NCBI GenBank assembly: GCA_002633005.1
Contig: NMRA01000110.1
Span: 622,448 to 686,447, forward strand
DNA length: 64,000 bases
Source: Phoronis australis
Lineage: Eukaryota; Animalia; Phoronida
Direction: 5' to 3'
The notes under the pieces are model-generated. The model had not been told where the DNA came from. It did not search any database and was given only the letters and a program-made list of their open reading frames with translations. Positions within the stretch are counted from its first letter, which is position 1; each line of letters opens with the position of its first letter. Shown in pieces: positions 48,918-61,900 of this stretch. The position numbers and the translations under genes are program-made.

Positions 48918-50580
48918 TTTCAGCACGTCTTATCAACTGAAATATCTAAATTTGTATTATGAAAACAATAAGAATTCCGTATTTTTTTATTCCTGGACCT
49001 CTGGTAATCCAATTAGTTTTAAAAGTACTTGCTTAAGCTGATTGCGCAATGCGGTACTATTACAGGATAATTAAATTTATCAATTTAGGAATAAGAACAC
49101 CAACTCTTGAATGTTGTCATCTGTTCATAAACGTCAACTGTTACTCATATCACCACATTTTGGATCTTGGCGTGATACACACACAAACTACATGCTCACC
49201 TAGGAGAACCGGTACATTGTTTCATAACATAATCAAACGTCAACATTAACATGACACAGTCATTTGTTTCCAATCATGTGGATTTCAACTCAAGCCTAGC
49301 ATTTTCCAAAGCATGCAACCTTCCTCAACGCACGCCACCCATTCTTTTGGATTTCTCACTGAAACCAAGCTGTTACGCTGAAAACAAGGTCATATCTAAT
49401 ATTTGTCTGGAAGCAAGTTAGTTACTGAAGTCACAATCAGTAAACAAGTACACAGATTCACAACCAATACCTGTAGTTCCACAATGGCATGGTGTTTAAC
49501 GAACTAGTCTCAGGTATAAAAATTAATTACAAACATATTCAGCCTTGAAGTTGGATAATATGCGACTACGCTTATGCGTCGGTCAATGAATGCAATAATA
49601 ATGTCCACCGAGGTTGGATCAGTGCGCTGTAACATGTAACAAAAACGATCGGATATTCTACGGAAGTGTTATTAAGTGAAAAGAAACCCTTTGGTAGAGC
49701 CTTGTTCTGTAAATTCTTGGAATCTGTGGATAAAATCTCTGTGTGCATTATTTCACACGTTGTTTTGAGGAGGGCGGTCTCAAAGAACACCGGTGACGGT
49801 TACTGTAGCATCCTGCCTTGTCGTCAAGGGAAAGCCGGAAAAACAGTTTTTAAATTTATTGGTAGGCCTACATTATTAATTTTCTGAAACCCAAGAAACT
49901 CAAAATTATCTAAAAAAACATACTAAAACACAGCGACCGCTATAAAACCACAAAAAAGATTTTCATCGCATCTGTCAGCATACATGTACGTGTGACGTCA
50001 GCGGTACAAAAGGGCTTTCTGGTCAACATTCACTATCCTGTCTCCAGCGGATGCCGGAGGTCACCTTGGGTAACACTTAGTGACGTATGCCAACAGTATC
50101 CAACCAAAGTGCAGCCACTCGCCAAAGGTTAACCAATCGTAGCCATTCAATGAAATACAGATGAAACAAGAAAATTCGGCGTACTTGATATTCAGTATCA
50201 AACGTTCGAAGAAACTTTTTATTTTATTTTTTAGTTCTGTAGTAATCGCTATTCACTTACTTACAACAATCTTAAGTTGTATTTTACGGGCTTCGTAGTC
50301 CCTTGGAGCTGTTTGCACTTATAGAACTCATATTTTCGATGTGACTGTTTTCAGTCAACCCTGTACGCATTTCCGTGGCTTCTCTCATAGTAAATGTGAT
50401 GTCATTAAGGAGTAGTTTTCAATCAAACCAGTTCCCTGTTCTGTTTATTACAGAAGACTACCACCGGATAGGGAATGTGTTCAAGACTTCCGATAGCCAC
50501 CACCAAAGTCAATTTCTTCCTTGTTTTTCCCGAAATTAAATATAGATTCTATTTATAGATTACTTCATGAAGCCTAGCCG

Positions 50581-50588
50581 TATAAAAG
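50581..50588 (+). promoter_or_regulatory. Candidate TATA box of the GWDS precursor gene
   Basis: TATAAAAG 85 nt upstream of the ATG at 50666. Confidence 0.5.
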
Positions 50589-50665
50589 TAGGAACCCAGG
50601 GCCCAAAGAAATCAGAAATTGAATTGGAATCTTAAGAATAAGAAAAACATTTTGTGAAACTTGCG

Positions 50666-51349
50666 ATGGATTTCAACAAAGTTATATTACTATTATTAGT
50701 GATTGCGTCGACTGTGACATGCCGACCGGTCGAGGAGACACCGACACCGCTACACCGTGTTGTGAGCATAGTAAAACGAAGCAACAACGACCGAGGCAGT
50801 ATTGACGGTTGGGACAGCATTGATGGATGGGACAGCGCAAACGATGCCAAAATGCGAGTAAAACGCGGATGGGACAGTGAGTCAGTGGTTAAACATAGCG
50901 CCGGTTGGGACAGTGAAAGTCGCACCAAACTTAGCGATGATGGCTGGGACAGCGTCAACCGAGTCAAACGCGGTTGGGACAGCTCCCCCGTTAGTCTCGA
51001 CGGTTGGGACAGTTTATTCCACACAGATCGAGTGCAGGAATCCGATGCAAAGCGTGTGAAGAGAGGTTGGGACAGTTCTCCTCTGAGCGCCGACGGGTGG
51101 GACAGCATATTTCATTCCGTGCAAGAATCCACCAATGACGCAAAGCGCGTGAAGAGAGGTTGGGACAGTCATCCTGTTAGTATCGACGGTTGGGATAGCC
51201 GGGGCTCAGACAGCCAGAGAAGCAGAGTTAAACGAGGCTGGGACAGTACTTCGGTTAACGACGAATTGAAAGTTCTGCAGCAGCACGTGCAGAAACGTAG
51301 TGCAGACGGCTGGGACAGCTTAGTTGGCTCGTACAAAGTCCGTGCATAA
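50666..51349 (+). CDS. Secreted multi-copy peptide precursor (neuropeptide/prohormone-like) with 13 GWDS motifs; single coding exon, 227 aa
   Basis: Signal peptide MDFNKVILLLLVIASTVTC|RP. Five RVKR sites plus IVKR and VQKR. 13 exact GWDS with synonymous codon variation (GGN, GAC/GAT, AGC/AGT). Higher GC than the flanks. Confidence 0.9.
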   Translation: MDFNKVILLLLVIASTVTCRPVEETPTPLHRVVSIVKRSNNDRGSIDGWDSIDGWDSANDAKMRVKRGWDSESVVKHSAGWDSESRTKLSDDGWDSVNRVKRGWDSSPVSLDGWDSLFHTDRVQESDAKRVKRGWDSSPLSADGWDSIFHSVQESTNDAKRVKRGWDSHPVSIDGWDSRGSDSQRSRVKRGWDSTSVNDELKVLQQHVQKRSADGWDSLVGSYKVRA

Positions 51350-54300
51350 AGGCCAGTTTTCTAATTAACATTCATTTGGCAAGAACAAAGGGTCATTGTT
51401 CCCAACTTGTCATTTGAAGCGTCCATTTTTCATTATCGTACAACAATGGTGATGTAATCTCACTCCAGTGCTGTAGTGTTTTGGAGTATTTCTCGAACAT
51501 TACGTAGCTTACATTCCAAGGTGTTTTCCTATGGTGAATTATTAGATGAACTCAACGAAAAACTCTGTGATATTTACATGATTGAAAATTCGTGTATTTA
51601 TGAGTATCAACGCTTGATGTAGCCATTTTGACAGACTTTCTTTGTCTTTCAATTCAACATTTTTAGTATTTTGTTTTCCATTATTAACCTTTTCCATTTT
51701 CACTTCACAATGTTATCGTAATTTATTTCCTGTCATCACTTTCAGAAACCGATGTACTAGAATGGTTTCTTTTAAGTATGATATTTTTATTTATTTATTT
51801 ATTCATTAATTATTTATTTATGTATTTATGTAATTAATTCCTTATTTATTCTGTGCGTGTGTGCTTGAAATTGACGTGGGAACGTTTTGATGTTATAAAA
51901 TGTAAACTCGGTGTACTTTCGATTCCAAAATACATATATATTAACAGTACATTGTATTTTCGTGAGTTATAAGCTCAATACTTGTAGAACACTACGCTCA
52001 CCCAGACGTACACAACTCAAAACATGTAGACCCAGCAGTGCGGCGACAGCCACTCATTGTAGCGCTATCATTTCACAGCAGGAGGGTCGTGACACTAGCT
52101 CTAGAGTCACTTGAAAAGCCAACAACAGAAGCAGAATTTGGCACTTTGAAATAAGGAATTCATCATTGACCCCTTAATTGTCTCATCTTCACGGATCTTG
52201 TTCCACTGTGAACTATGTTCGGGACCGCTTCCCAAGTTTGTTCAACAGGACTAGCCGAAGTGAACCTACCCTTTAGACTCCATATTTGGTCCATGGTTAT
52301 ATCATACGTAATAACAGCACAAACTCTTCGTATTAAAAAAAAAACAAAAGAAAGTGCTCCATCTCAAAACAATACATTTCAAAGATGGCGTTGCATGCTC
52401 TGAACTTAAAGGAAATGTTAGTTATCTCTCGATACAAGAAAAAATGCTAATTCTTAATTGCCATCGCACATGATTGCTGTTGCCTGTACTACCCCTAACC
52501 AGCGGTGCCTAGATCCGGTGGATAAAAACCATTGACATCGTAAAATACCCCCATTTTTGGACAATCAAAGTCATGGTGAATTCCAGTGGAACAAACTTAT
52601 TCTTGGGTGGATCTTGCGGGATCAGATTTCTGGGGTGTCCGATTTGTTTTTCTTTCTTAATATTTACTGAGCAAATATATGTATACAAAAAGATAAAATG
52701 AACATCATTCATATCTATACGCACGCACGTAAACACGGGGTTGTGAAATCCAGAGATAGTTTGAGAGAGCATTTTACAATCATCAAATTTCGACAGTTTA
52801 TTTTCGGCAATTTTTTTGAGATATAAAAAGTATTGGGGAACATCGGTGCGAGGAATCATCGGCAACAGAACAGTGGGATGTGGAAATTATGGGAATATGG
52901 GCAAGGCAGGCGCACATTTTCAAACACTAATGATAGACCGGTCACAACTTAACAAGTCAAAATGAAAGCACGCTGACAAATTCGAAGGCAACGGTGAAAT
53001 CTGATCGCAAACTGTATCCCAGTGCGAATTAAATTCCGCACAATCACATACACACAAGCGGCTTTTTCTAGATCAACATGAACGGAGTGAAACTAGTGTA
53101 TTTGAATTACCAAACATAGGCGTTGTGGCCTCGTAGGGCACGTGTCGACAGCACATATGCAGTGTACGTTTGATGCATGTAATGAATCAAAATATGACTA
53201 CTACTTGAAAAAGCAGCATTACACAGAACTCACAGCTGCGTAACACAGGAAACAACAAAACAAGCCGCGATAGCGACAATATCCACGCAAGTGGACCCTC
53301 GATGAACGAGCTAAACATATTGGTTTTTTAGAAGCGGGAATATCCGTAGTGGTGCATGGTTATCGTTTGTAAACTCAGGGTAGCGTCGTCGGATAGTCAC
53401 TGTGCCGGCGATTATATTAACAGCCACGGCTATTTTTAGTCTCTCGGTCCTGTAGTGTTAGTCAGATTTAGATCAAGAAAATTCTGCTAGAATATCATTG
53501 TCCCCAACTGGAGAATTATCTCAACCGGCGATCAACTGTTCAAGCTGTGGTTAGTCCGGAAACGTGCAATCTCACGAAGATGATACAAAATATACCACTA
53601 TTATCAGTCGACGCTGATTGGCCAAGAACATGTGAGAGGGAGTTTCCAAGAACGGAGGCAAAATGAAAACAAAATCGTGGCAATTAATAAGTGGCTGTGC
53701 ATAACAAAACTAAGCAAAGATATGCTGCACAAAAGTATATGTTTAACAAGTCTAAAAGGCATCTGGCCTAGTCGCCCGACTTTATTAAACGAAAAAGAGC
53801 TCAACGGCACCAAAATGCGAGAACATTCCATAATTAGACAAAAATTGACAATTGTTGCAATTAAATTTTCAAATTTCTACCAAAATTTGTGATGATTATT
53901 GGACACAGAAATATGTAGACAATGAAGTAAATAATGTTATTCATAAACATTCTCGTAGATCAAGGTATCAAAATAAACATCCACCTGAAGAATTCTTTAT
54001 TAGTGAATCGACAAAAATGTTGGGGAGTCATAGAAAAACGGGATACTTGTTCTGACGCTTTAAAACTCATGAATTTTTAAATAGTTAAGCCCATCTAATA
54101 CCATTTTGGTAGAATTTCCCGATGACAACTGCCGAGTCTGATAACAAGCTTTCTGTACTCCACAGATTTGCAATGATTTTTCTGTCACATTCCGCACTAA
54201 TGTAATCATAGATCCTCAGGGGGTAATTAAACAATTATCTCCTCAACCAGGACCATAAACCCTTTGTTAAGGTGTGTTTATTTCCACAGTCCAACTGGGT

Positions 54301-54576
54301 CAGTTGTATGGCCAGGGTCCAGCTAGAACAACCCCCGTTCAGTAACGCTAGCACCTCGCTAAAAAGCAAACTTCGCGAGATTGCAGGAGATATTGCAGTG
54401 TATTTTAAGTGAAAATACGTGACTCTGGCTTAATTTTAGCTAGGTCCCAGCGTAGGTCCTAGCGGCGTTTCTGAACGCACACCTACTTTCACTGACCTTG
54501 CATGTCAGTTTTATTAAGTCTCTCGTGTGTGAGCGACACGCTCCCCAAATTTCTAAACCAATGTGGGGACTAGTTA

Positions 54577-54740
54577 CAGTGAAAGATTTAGCGGGAGGCC
54601 AAGGGGACCATTGCCCCCAGTAAAATTCTCCCAGATTCCATTTGGCAACTTGGCAGTTCACGGGTGCAAATGTGTGACCGTTAAAATCTTGGCTAATACT
54701 CTGCCCTGGCCCCTCTTAACTCAAAATCCTGAATCCGCGA
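54577..54740. mobile_element. Degenerate copy of the CAGTGGCGGAT MITE family
   Basis: Shares aaaattctcccagattccatttggca...ctctgccctg...taactcaaaatcctg.atccgc with the other copies. Termini eroded. Confidence 0.7.
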
Positions 54741-54983
54741 CATCTGCATACTTGTACCTATCTAGATTGACTCAATTAGTGTTTTAAATACGTTACAAGC
54801 CAACCTTCTCTAAACAGACTTTGATCTAGTAGACTGTTACCAATAACAACATGAGGTTTGAAATGGTTCTGCTTCCTTTCATATCAGAAGGGATTTCCAA
54901 GTTTAAAGCATGAAATGTTTGGAGCCAACTAGTTGAATCTGGTCTCAATCAGTTACAAAGTGCCAGTTTGTTCTTCACAAACT

Positions 54984-55190
54984 CACAGATCACCTCTGAA
55001 CCCACGGATAACCTCTGACACCACAGATAACCTCTGAACCCACAGATAACCTCTGAACCCACAGATAACCTCTGAACCCACAGATAACGTCTGACACCAC
55101 GGATAACCTCTGAACCCACGGATAACCTCTGAACCCAAAGCTCACATCTAAACCCACAGAACACTCCTAAAGCCACAAATCACCTCTGAT
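54984..55190. repeat. 19-bp minisatellite
   Basis: Unit cacagataacctctgaacc. Confidence 0.9.
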
Positions 55191-55996
55191 CTGAATAAGG
55201 AACAAGGTGAGAAATAGAACTGCAGGAGGCCAAAATCAAAATCTTCTCTCTGACAAAGTCGGTTTATAGCATCTTTAACTGATGTATCATTGTGAAATGA
55301 ATATAGGGTTTAAATAACAGCTCAACATTGTGAAATGAACCTATGTCTATAAATACACTGTTCAAAATCAATAAAACCATTAAAAATCGAATAACAAGGA
55401 GTTGACTTGTTAAATTAAAATTTAAATATGTACATTGCAGGCAGATATAACCAACAGCCCACTTTCCAGTGTCTCCCTCCAGTGAGCAGTAGACACGTCT
55501 TGAGGTCATACATACATTACTGTGTCTCCCTCTAGTGAGTAGTAAATAATTGTCTTGAGGTCATATGCTTTGACCATAGTTATAAAACAATAGAATCTGA
55601 TCCCTTTGTGATTTTATTACAAATCATCAATTCGCAGAGTTGTCTGCAATCAAGGCTGGTGAAATATTTATCAGTTAAATATCTTTGGAACACACTGCCA
55701 CCTGTTATGTGGTGTTGAGCTCTTCCAGCGGCGCATTAAATTACGACCCCAAAAGTAGCAGGCTTGAATCTGAGCTGAAGCTGGTCTCAGTAAATCACTT
55801 TCTCGTTGTTAATGTCCCTCTAACTAAAGCCAATGAAAAATGCACAAAATTTAATTCCCAGTATTTCACCGAGTTCAATTTCTAGGTTAAGACATCCAAA
55901 AACTGTCTCAACGACTTCTCGCTTTGTCACTAAAACGTGACTAGTGCTTGCTACAGACATGCAGCATGCTGAGGTACAGTGGTAGTCTCACTGGAG

Positions 55997-58900
55997 TTAG
56001 GGAAGGATCACGTGCATGAGAGAACACAGCTGACTGTAGACTGGCTCTGGAACAAAGTACACACAACAGATGTACTCACTAATGTAGACACACCTTGGGT
56101 GCAAATTACATAACCTGTAATGTTGCAGGGAAAGGTCCATGTTGTGAACATTCCCCTTACAACAGAATCCTAGACAAGGACCAGTTTCATCCACATTCTT
56201 TCAGGCACAGCTTCTATTGTTAACTATGCAGTATAACTAGTTGGAAAGCCATGTTGGAAATTACTTTCCAATGAATAGCACATGGCTTGAGATTTTGTTG
56301 ACAAAATCCCTTATACTTGATCAGTTGTGAAAATTCAAGAACCCACAGAGACTACTTTTTATTTCTCTAGTCAGATTTTATAGTTACCATAAACATGTTA
56401 TTATTTCAAATGTACTTTTATCGTGGAAATGAACAATTGAGAAGAAAAATAAATAGTGCAGGGTTTCAGGTAGCCTTGTGAAAGAGCTCACAGTCATGTC
56501 AAGTTTAGGGTATACCTGAATGGCCTAAGGCCGCCTTGCATGACTTGACTTCATCTAGTCTGGCTTGGGTACACCCCAAACCATTTTGGGTGTACTCAAA
56601 ATTGTGTTTGTGTATCCATGCAGCTCTCAGGCTTTGAGTACACCCCAAATCATTTTGGGTGAACTCATGAAATTGTGTTTGTGTATTCAGTTTAGTAGCT
56701 CTGGGTACACCCCAAACCATTTTTGTGTACTTATAAAATTGTGCTGGTGTATTCCCAGAGCTGAATCCACAAACACAATTTTATGAGTTCACCCAAAATG
56801 ATTTGGGATGTACTCAAAGCCTGAGAGCTGCATGAATACACAAACACAATTTTGAGTACACCCAAAATGGTTTGGGCTCACAGTCCCTAAACTTGATATG
56901 ACTGTGAGCTCTTTCACAAGGCTACCTGAAACCCTGCACAATTTATTTTTCTTATTAATTGTTCATTTCCATGATAAAAGTTCATTTGAAATAATAACAT
57001 GTTCATAGGTTTTCATGCCCCTGAAAGCAAATGGAAAATAGAGCCTGGATGCTGTTAAGCTTTCTATTTAGACATGATCTTATAAGAGACAGTAATTACT
57101 CTCACTATGTGACCTCAGTACTGAATAGAGTCACTCTATTGATAACTAGCCCCCTATTGTGCATGGAATGTGGATAGAACTGGTCTAGCTAACCATGTGA
57201 CATTGGCGAAATTCAAGATTTCACCAAATCGATCCTTATCTCATTTAAAGAGGACGTTTACCACATGCATTTTATACGCATGTGCAGATCAAAAATTTCA
57301 ACGTAGTTCTAAACAAGAGTGACTGATTATGGACCAACATAGACCTATACTAAAACTATGCAATAGAGTTGAAACAAAAGGAAAAGATAAAGATGAGCAA
57401 AGAGTTAGAGCCAGAAGGGTAATTTTGTTATATGTCCTCGGTACTGGATTGAAAATAACTTTTTTGATCTACTGTCAGTACATAATAAGCATGTACTCTT
57501 ATGTAAAGACACGAGGGCTTTGAATCAAAAAGAGCCTTTCTGATCAATTGTCAGTTGATAAAAGGCATCCATTATCAAAATCAGTGACATGGTAATTGGC
57601 TAAGACCCACCAAATGATGGCGGTGTTGTTTTCTTCAATGCACGAGTGACTGGTAGTCATAGCAACGTTGCAGTCATTGAGCAATCAAAACAGGTCAAAA
57701 GTCAGGACAGGAGTGCAAGAAAATGAAAGAGTATATCTCTTATTTAGTTTCAACTACAGACTACAGTGGTTTCAAAATCCAACAATCAACTGAATCCACA
57801 CACTCACGTCATCTTTTGTTGTGCACCTTGATGGATACATTAAAGGTGAACGAGTCGGCACTAATTGAAATACTAGAATGCAACTACATTGTTTTAGGCT
57901 AATTTCTATCATATTTCTTAAAAAATGTTCCTAATCTAACTTTTAATTCAACTTCATTTCGCACCGTTTCACCCGCTAAAAAGAAAATTGAATTAGGACT
58001 TTCTCTTTCATAAAATTGGGTCTCATAATAATCGTCATGGTGATAGGATTCTATTTCCATTGCAGACAAACATTGAAACCATCAGCGACTCACGAAAATG
58101 CGTAAAAGCTTATACTATAGGGGTCGCCCAACCCTAAAACTGGTCCCTTGAGAATGGCACAAGTATGCACGACTTCAGTTGGCTGCTTCCCAAAAAGTGA
58201 AGGAAATGGAGTGAGTCGGGTTTGACGGCAATTTTGTGGACTAACTGGGAAGTGATTGCCACGGATGGTATCCAGTATTTCCTTGAAGTTGTTTTGAGTA
58301 AATTAAGTACAAAAATTTGTCCCCTTCTCCTAGCTACCAGGATACAGAAGTTTTACCATTTTCAAAGCACATCCCTGTTCAGCGCAAAATTCTTGAGACA
58401 AATACATGAATCTATCAGACGAGTGGAAGTTCACAAAAATTTGGTTGCCAATCGATGTATTTTAATTTAAATTTCTGGAATCAAGAGTGTCACAGCACTT
58501 GCATCATTATATCCCATCTTGCACCGGGACAAATGCGAATTTGCGATTTTAGTTAAAAAAGGACAAAAATGCACTTTTTGACATCTCAATTGTTCCATTG
58601 AGTGTACTTTTTGTAAGTTTATTCAGGTGTCTTGAAAAAGGGTGCAAACAAGGACTTTCATTGATCCAGATAACTCAATTTTCTGTTTCACTTTCTCTCC
58701 ATTTATGAATACACAGACTTTTGCTGACTCCTGTTAGTTGGTTATTGTTGACCCCTGTTAGTTGGTTATTGTTGACCCCTGTTAGTTGGTTATTGCTGAC
58801 CCCTGTTAGTTGGCTATTGTTGACCCCTGTTAGTTGGTTATTGTTGAATGAATGCTATTGCAGTCAATAATCATATGCTTTACTAGGTAACATTTTTATA

Positions 58901-61900
58901 TTCACATGATAAAAGTAGACATGTTCAAGGTTGTAACATTACATGGAGCATAAAATGAACACAGCAGCAGCTGCTGCAAACATCACAGGGGAGATAACCT
59001 ACTCATTGTCTAGTGTCACTGTGAGACTACACTGGCAAGACACTCCCTTAATTCTAGATTATCACTTCATGACTCACAGAAATTCATGCTCTGGCATGAA
59101 TAAGCATCAGGTTTTGCTCTCCAAGAAATGGTCAATGCCTTGTAAAAGGATAGAAGTAAAAAGACAAGTGAGTGTGTGACTGACATTCTTAAGACCACAC
59201 TTACCACTGTCAGGCCCAATGTAGCCGTGTCTTATCAGGAAGTCGAGCATTATCAAGGCACTGTTGGGCTTGAAATCATCTCTCAGCAGGAAGTCACTCA
59301 CCTAGAGTTCCACGAATTAGAAAAACAAAGTTATGTTGGTCGCATTTAGAACATGCTTCCTTTTCAGTGTTTTCTTAGCTAGGCATGCGCAGCCAGATCT
59401 GTAGTTATCCATCCAATGTATTCAGTCTGGCATGCACGGCCAGATCTGTAGTTATCCGTCCAATGTATTCAGTCTGGCATGCATGGCCAGATCTTCAGAT
59501 AACACCACCTCCCCCATAGCGCCTATTGAACTGAGATGTAAACAGTGCTATGTATGCATGGATGAAGTCAACATAGACATACAAATAATTGAGTATGGGG
59601 AGGAACACTCATGTCTTAGGCACGATAAGCAAGCTTATGTGCTTCACAACATGTAAAAATAGGTGGATGCCATGAGCTGCTCGCCGACTTAGTGCACTTA
59701 GTGTGGAATATTCAAAGTTGCTCCCCGAAGGTTTGAAAATTGACACTATTAACACTATTTCAAAAAATTATTTAAGTTGCAGTTCTTAATTGTTAACAGG
59801 TCAAATTACGGTTTAGTATCTTTTAAAAGTACATCTCACCTCCTCTATAGTCATCAAGGTAAACCCCTGAACTTCACCATCATCGTTAACAGGTATGAAG
59901 TCAGAGGGCAGCTCAAGGTCCATTACAAACTCACACTCAGGGAACAGACCCAGCTCATTCTCGAAGAAATAGCTGTGAACACAACACATGACTCATCAAA
60001 GCTCAAATGTAGGGATATGGGAAAATAATTTTAAATTCAACGAAACAATATTATATTGTCATAAAACTAACTGAGGGAACTCATACTAAAACCTGTTAAA
60101 TATTAGCACATGAGCACCAGATGGCAGTATGTACCCACTCATGTATATGTAAGTGCAATATGAACACCAGGTGGCAGTATGTACCCAAATATGTATATGT
60201 ATGTAAGCACAACATGAACACCAGGCGGCACTATGTACCCAAACATGTATATGTACGTATGCTTAATATGAACACCAGATGGCAGTATGTACCCACACAT
60301 GCATATGTATGTAAAACACTAAGTAAAACGATGGCCCAAAATTTATGAAACAAAAATGTATTTTAAATGTGATACAGGTGCAGCTCCATCTATTGATGCG
60401 CATATCTAACTACAGGTGTGTGTATGGTACTATTAACACCATTTGATTTAAAGATGGCATTATTTACTCTCTGATGACGGTAGCCTAGTGCCAGTCAGTG
60501 AAATGATAGTCAGAGGTCCACAAGGTCTTACCAACCCTTCACCTGATACAACCAGCAGCCTTCATCTTGCTGGCGAGACTCTCGGGTATAGACGCCTCTT
60601 CAGCACACTCTTTTATAGCACATCTTGCCACCTTCATCCCCGAGGTTAATCCACCCGCCACCTGGACACAGAAGAGAGCAAGATGAACAACAGGGGACAT
60701 TATGGATTGGATAAATGTTGACAAAACATGAACATTCAAACACATCTTAAAACCAGTGAGGATAACCTTAAATTGCACCATACCAACATCTTAGTTAAAT
60801 TAAGGTCAAGGTCTCAAATAAGGAAACAACCAACAGTACTAGCATCATCTTAAAGGCGAAGGCAACCTTTTTTCATGTCGTTTTGAGCTAAAATAAGGTT
60901 GGTTGGTTATCCTAGACATATTTTCCACTTAATTACAGCTTTTCGTAATTTTATTAGTTACTCGTCCGCTATTCCGGAAGTGACGTTTTAGGAGGCAAGC
61001 GTTTCCCGCCACTTGGTTTTGCGTTGAGTTTACTGTGCGAATCTGTTCTGTTCTACTTTTGTTTTGTGCTGTTTTTCAACAATTGTCGCCACCACTTTCC
61101 ATCGGCGAGTATTCTGCGGCAACATAGGTTAGTAGAGAACTCAACTACGTTGGATTTAGGCATTGTTTAGTGTGTTGTAGGCTGAAAATGGCTGGACTCG
61201 GTAACCCGTATCACAGTGACAGTAATGTGAGTGACGGAGACCTTGTTCACAGCAGTGGTGACGAGGAATTTTTTCACGGACATTTAGTGGGTGGGTACAT
61301 GTTTGAGCCAGAGTATAATGAGGCAGAGTACGCACAGGCACAGACAGCTGTTGAGAGAAACGAGGCGGCTACTGACGACAGACGTGGTGACACATCTTGG
61401 TGCAAATGCACTGTGTGCGTTGTTATGCCTACCTCAATGGAATACTTGTGCTGTTCAGAATTCGACGAGGCCAAGCCACTACTGGACACGGTTAAGTGGA
61501 CCTCCGGCATACCACGGACAGAGGAACAATTGTCCCACTTGCCAGTGTGTCCCGCGACACACTCCCACCGGATGGTGACCTGAGCACCCAAACTGCTTAC
61601 ATCGGGTCGTGTGACTCCCTCGCCACACACCTGGCACCTTTCTAAATAGTTCCAACACTTTAGACAAGTCCACAATAAATTTATCAAAGTTTGGCTCACC
61701 GATCTGTTCACTGGACGACGAACTGTCCTCTTCACTGGGTGTCGAACTGGGCCTGTAATCACTTCCACTACTCAATATCGCTGCAGGGCTGCTTAGAGGC
61801 TCTGGGCTGGAGAAAACAGCACAGGGCGAATCACTACTGGTTCCAGGAATGGCACGCTCTGGGGTACGTTCGGAGGCACGGGTGACAGTAGATGAAGTGC

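Noticed and set aside
50632-51108. Antisense ORF with LSQP repeats
   Set aside because: Shadow of the GWDS codons on the opposite strand. The + strand has the signal peptide and cleavage sites.
57840-57900. TTAAAGG start resembling a third Kolobok terminus
   Set aside because: No matching inverted end found nearby by eye.
60466-60516. Hammerhead-like CTGATGA...GAAA...GTC with a short stem I
   Set aside because: Stem II does not close next to GAAA and stem III is non-canonical. Likely chance.
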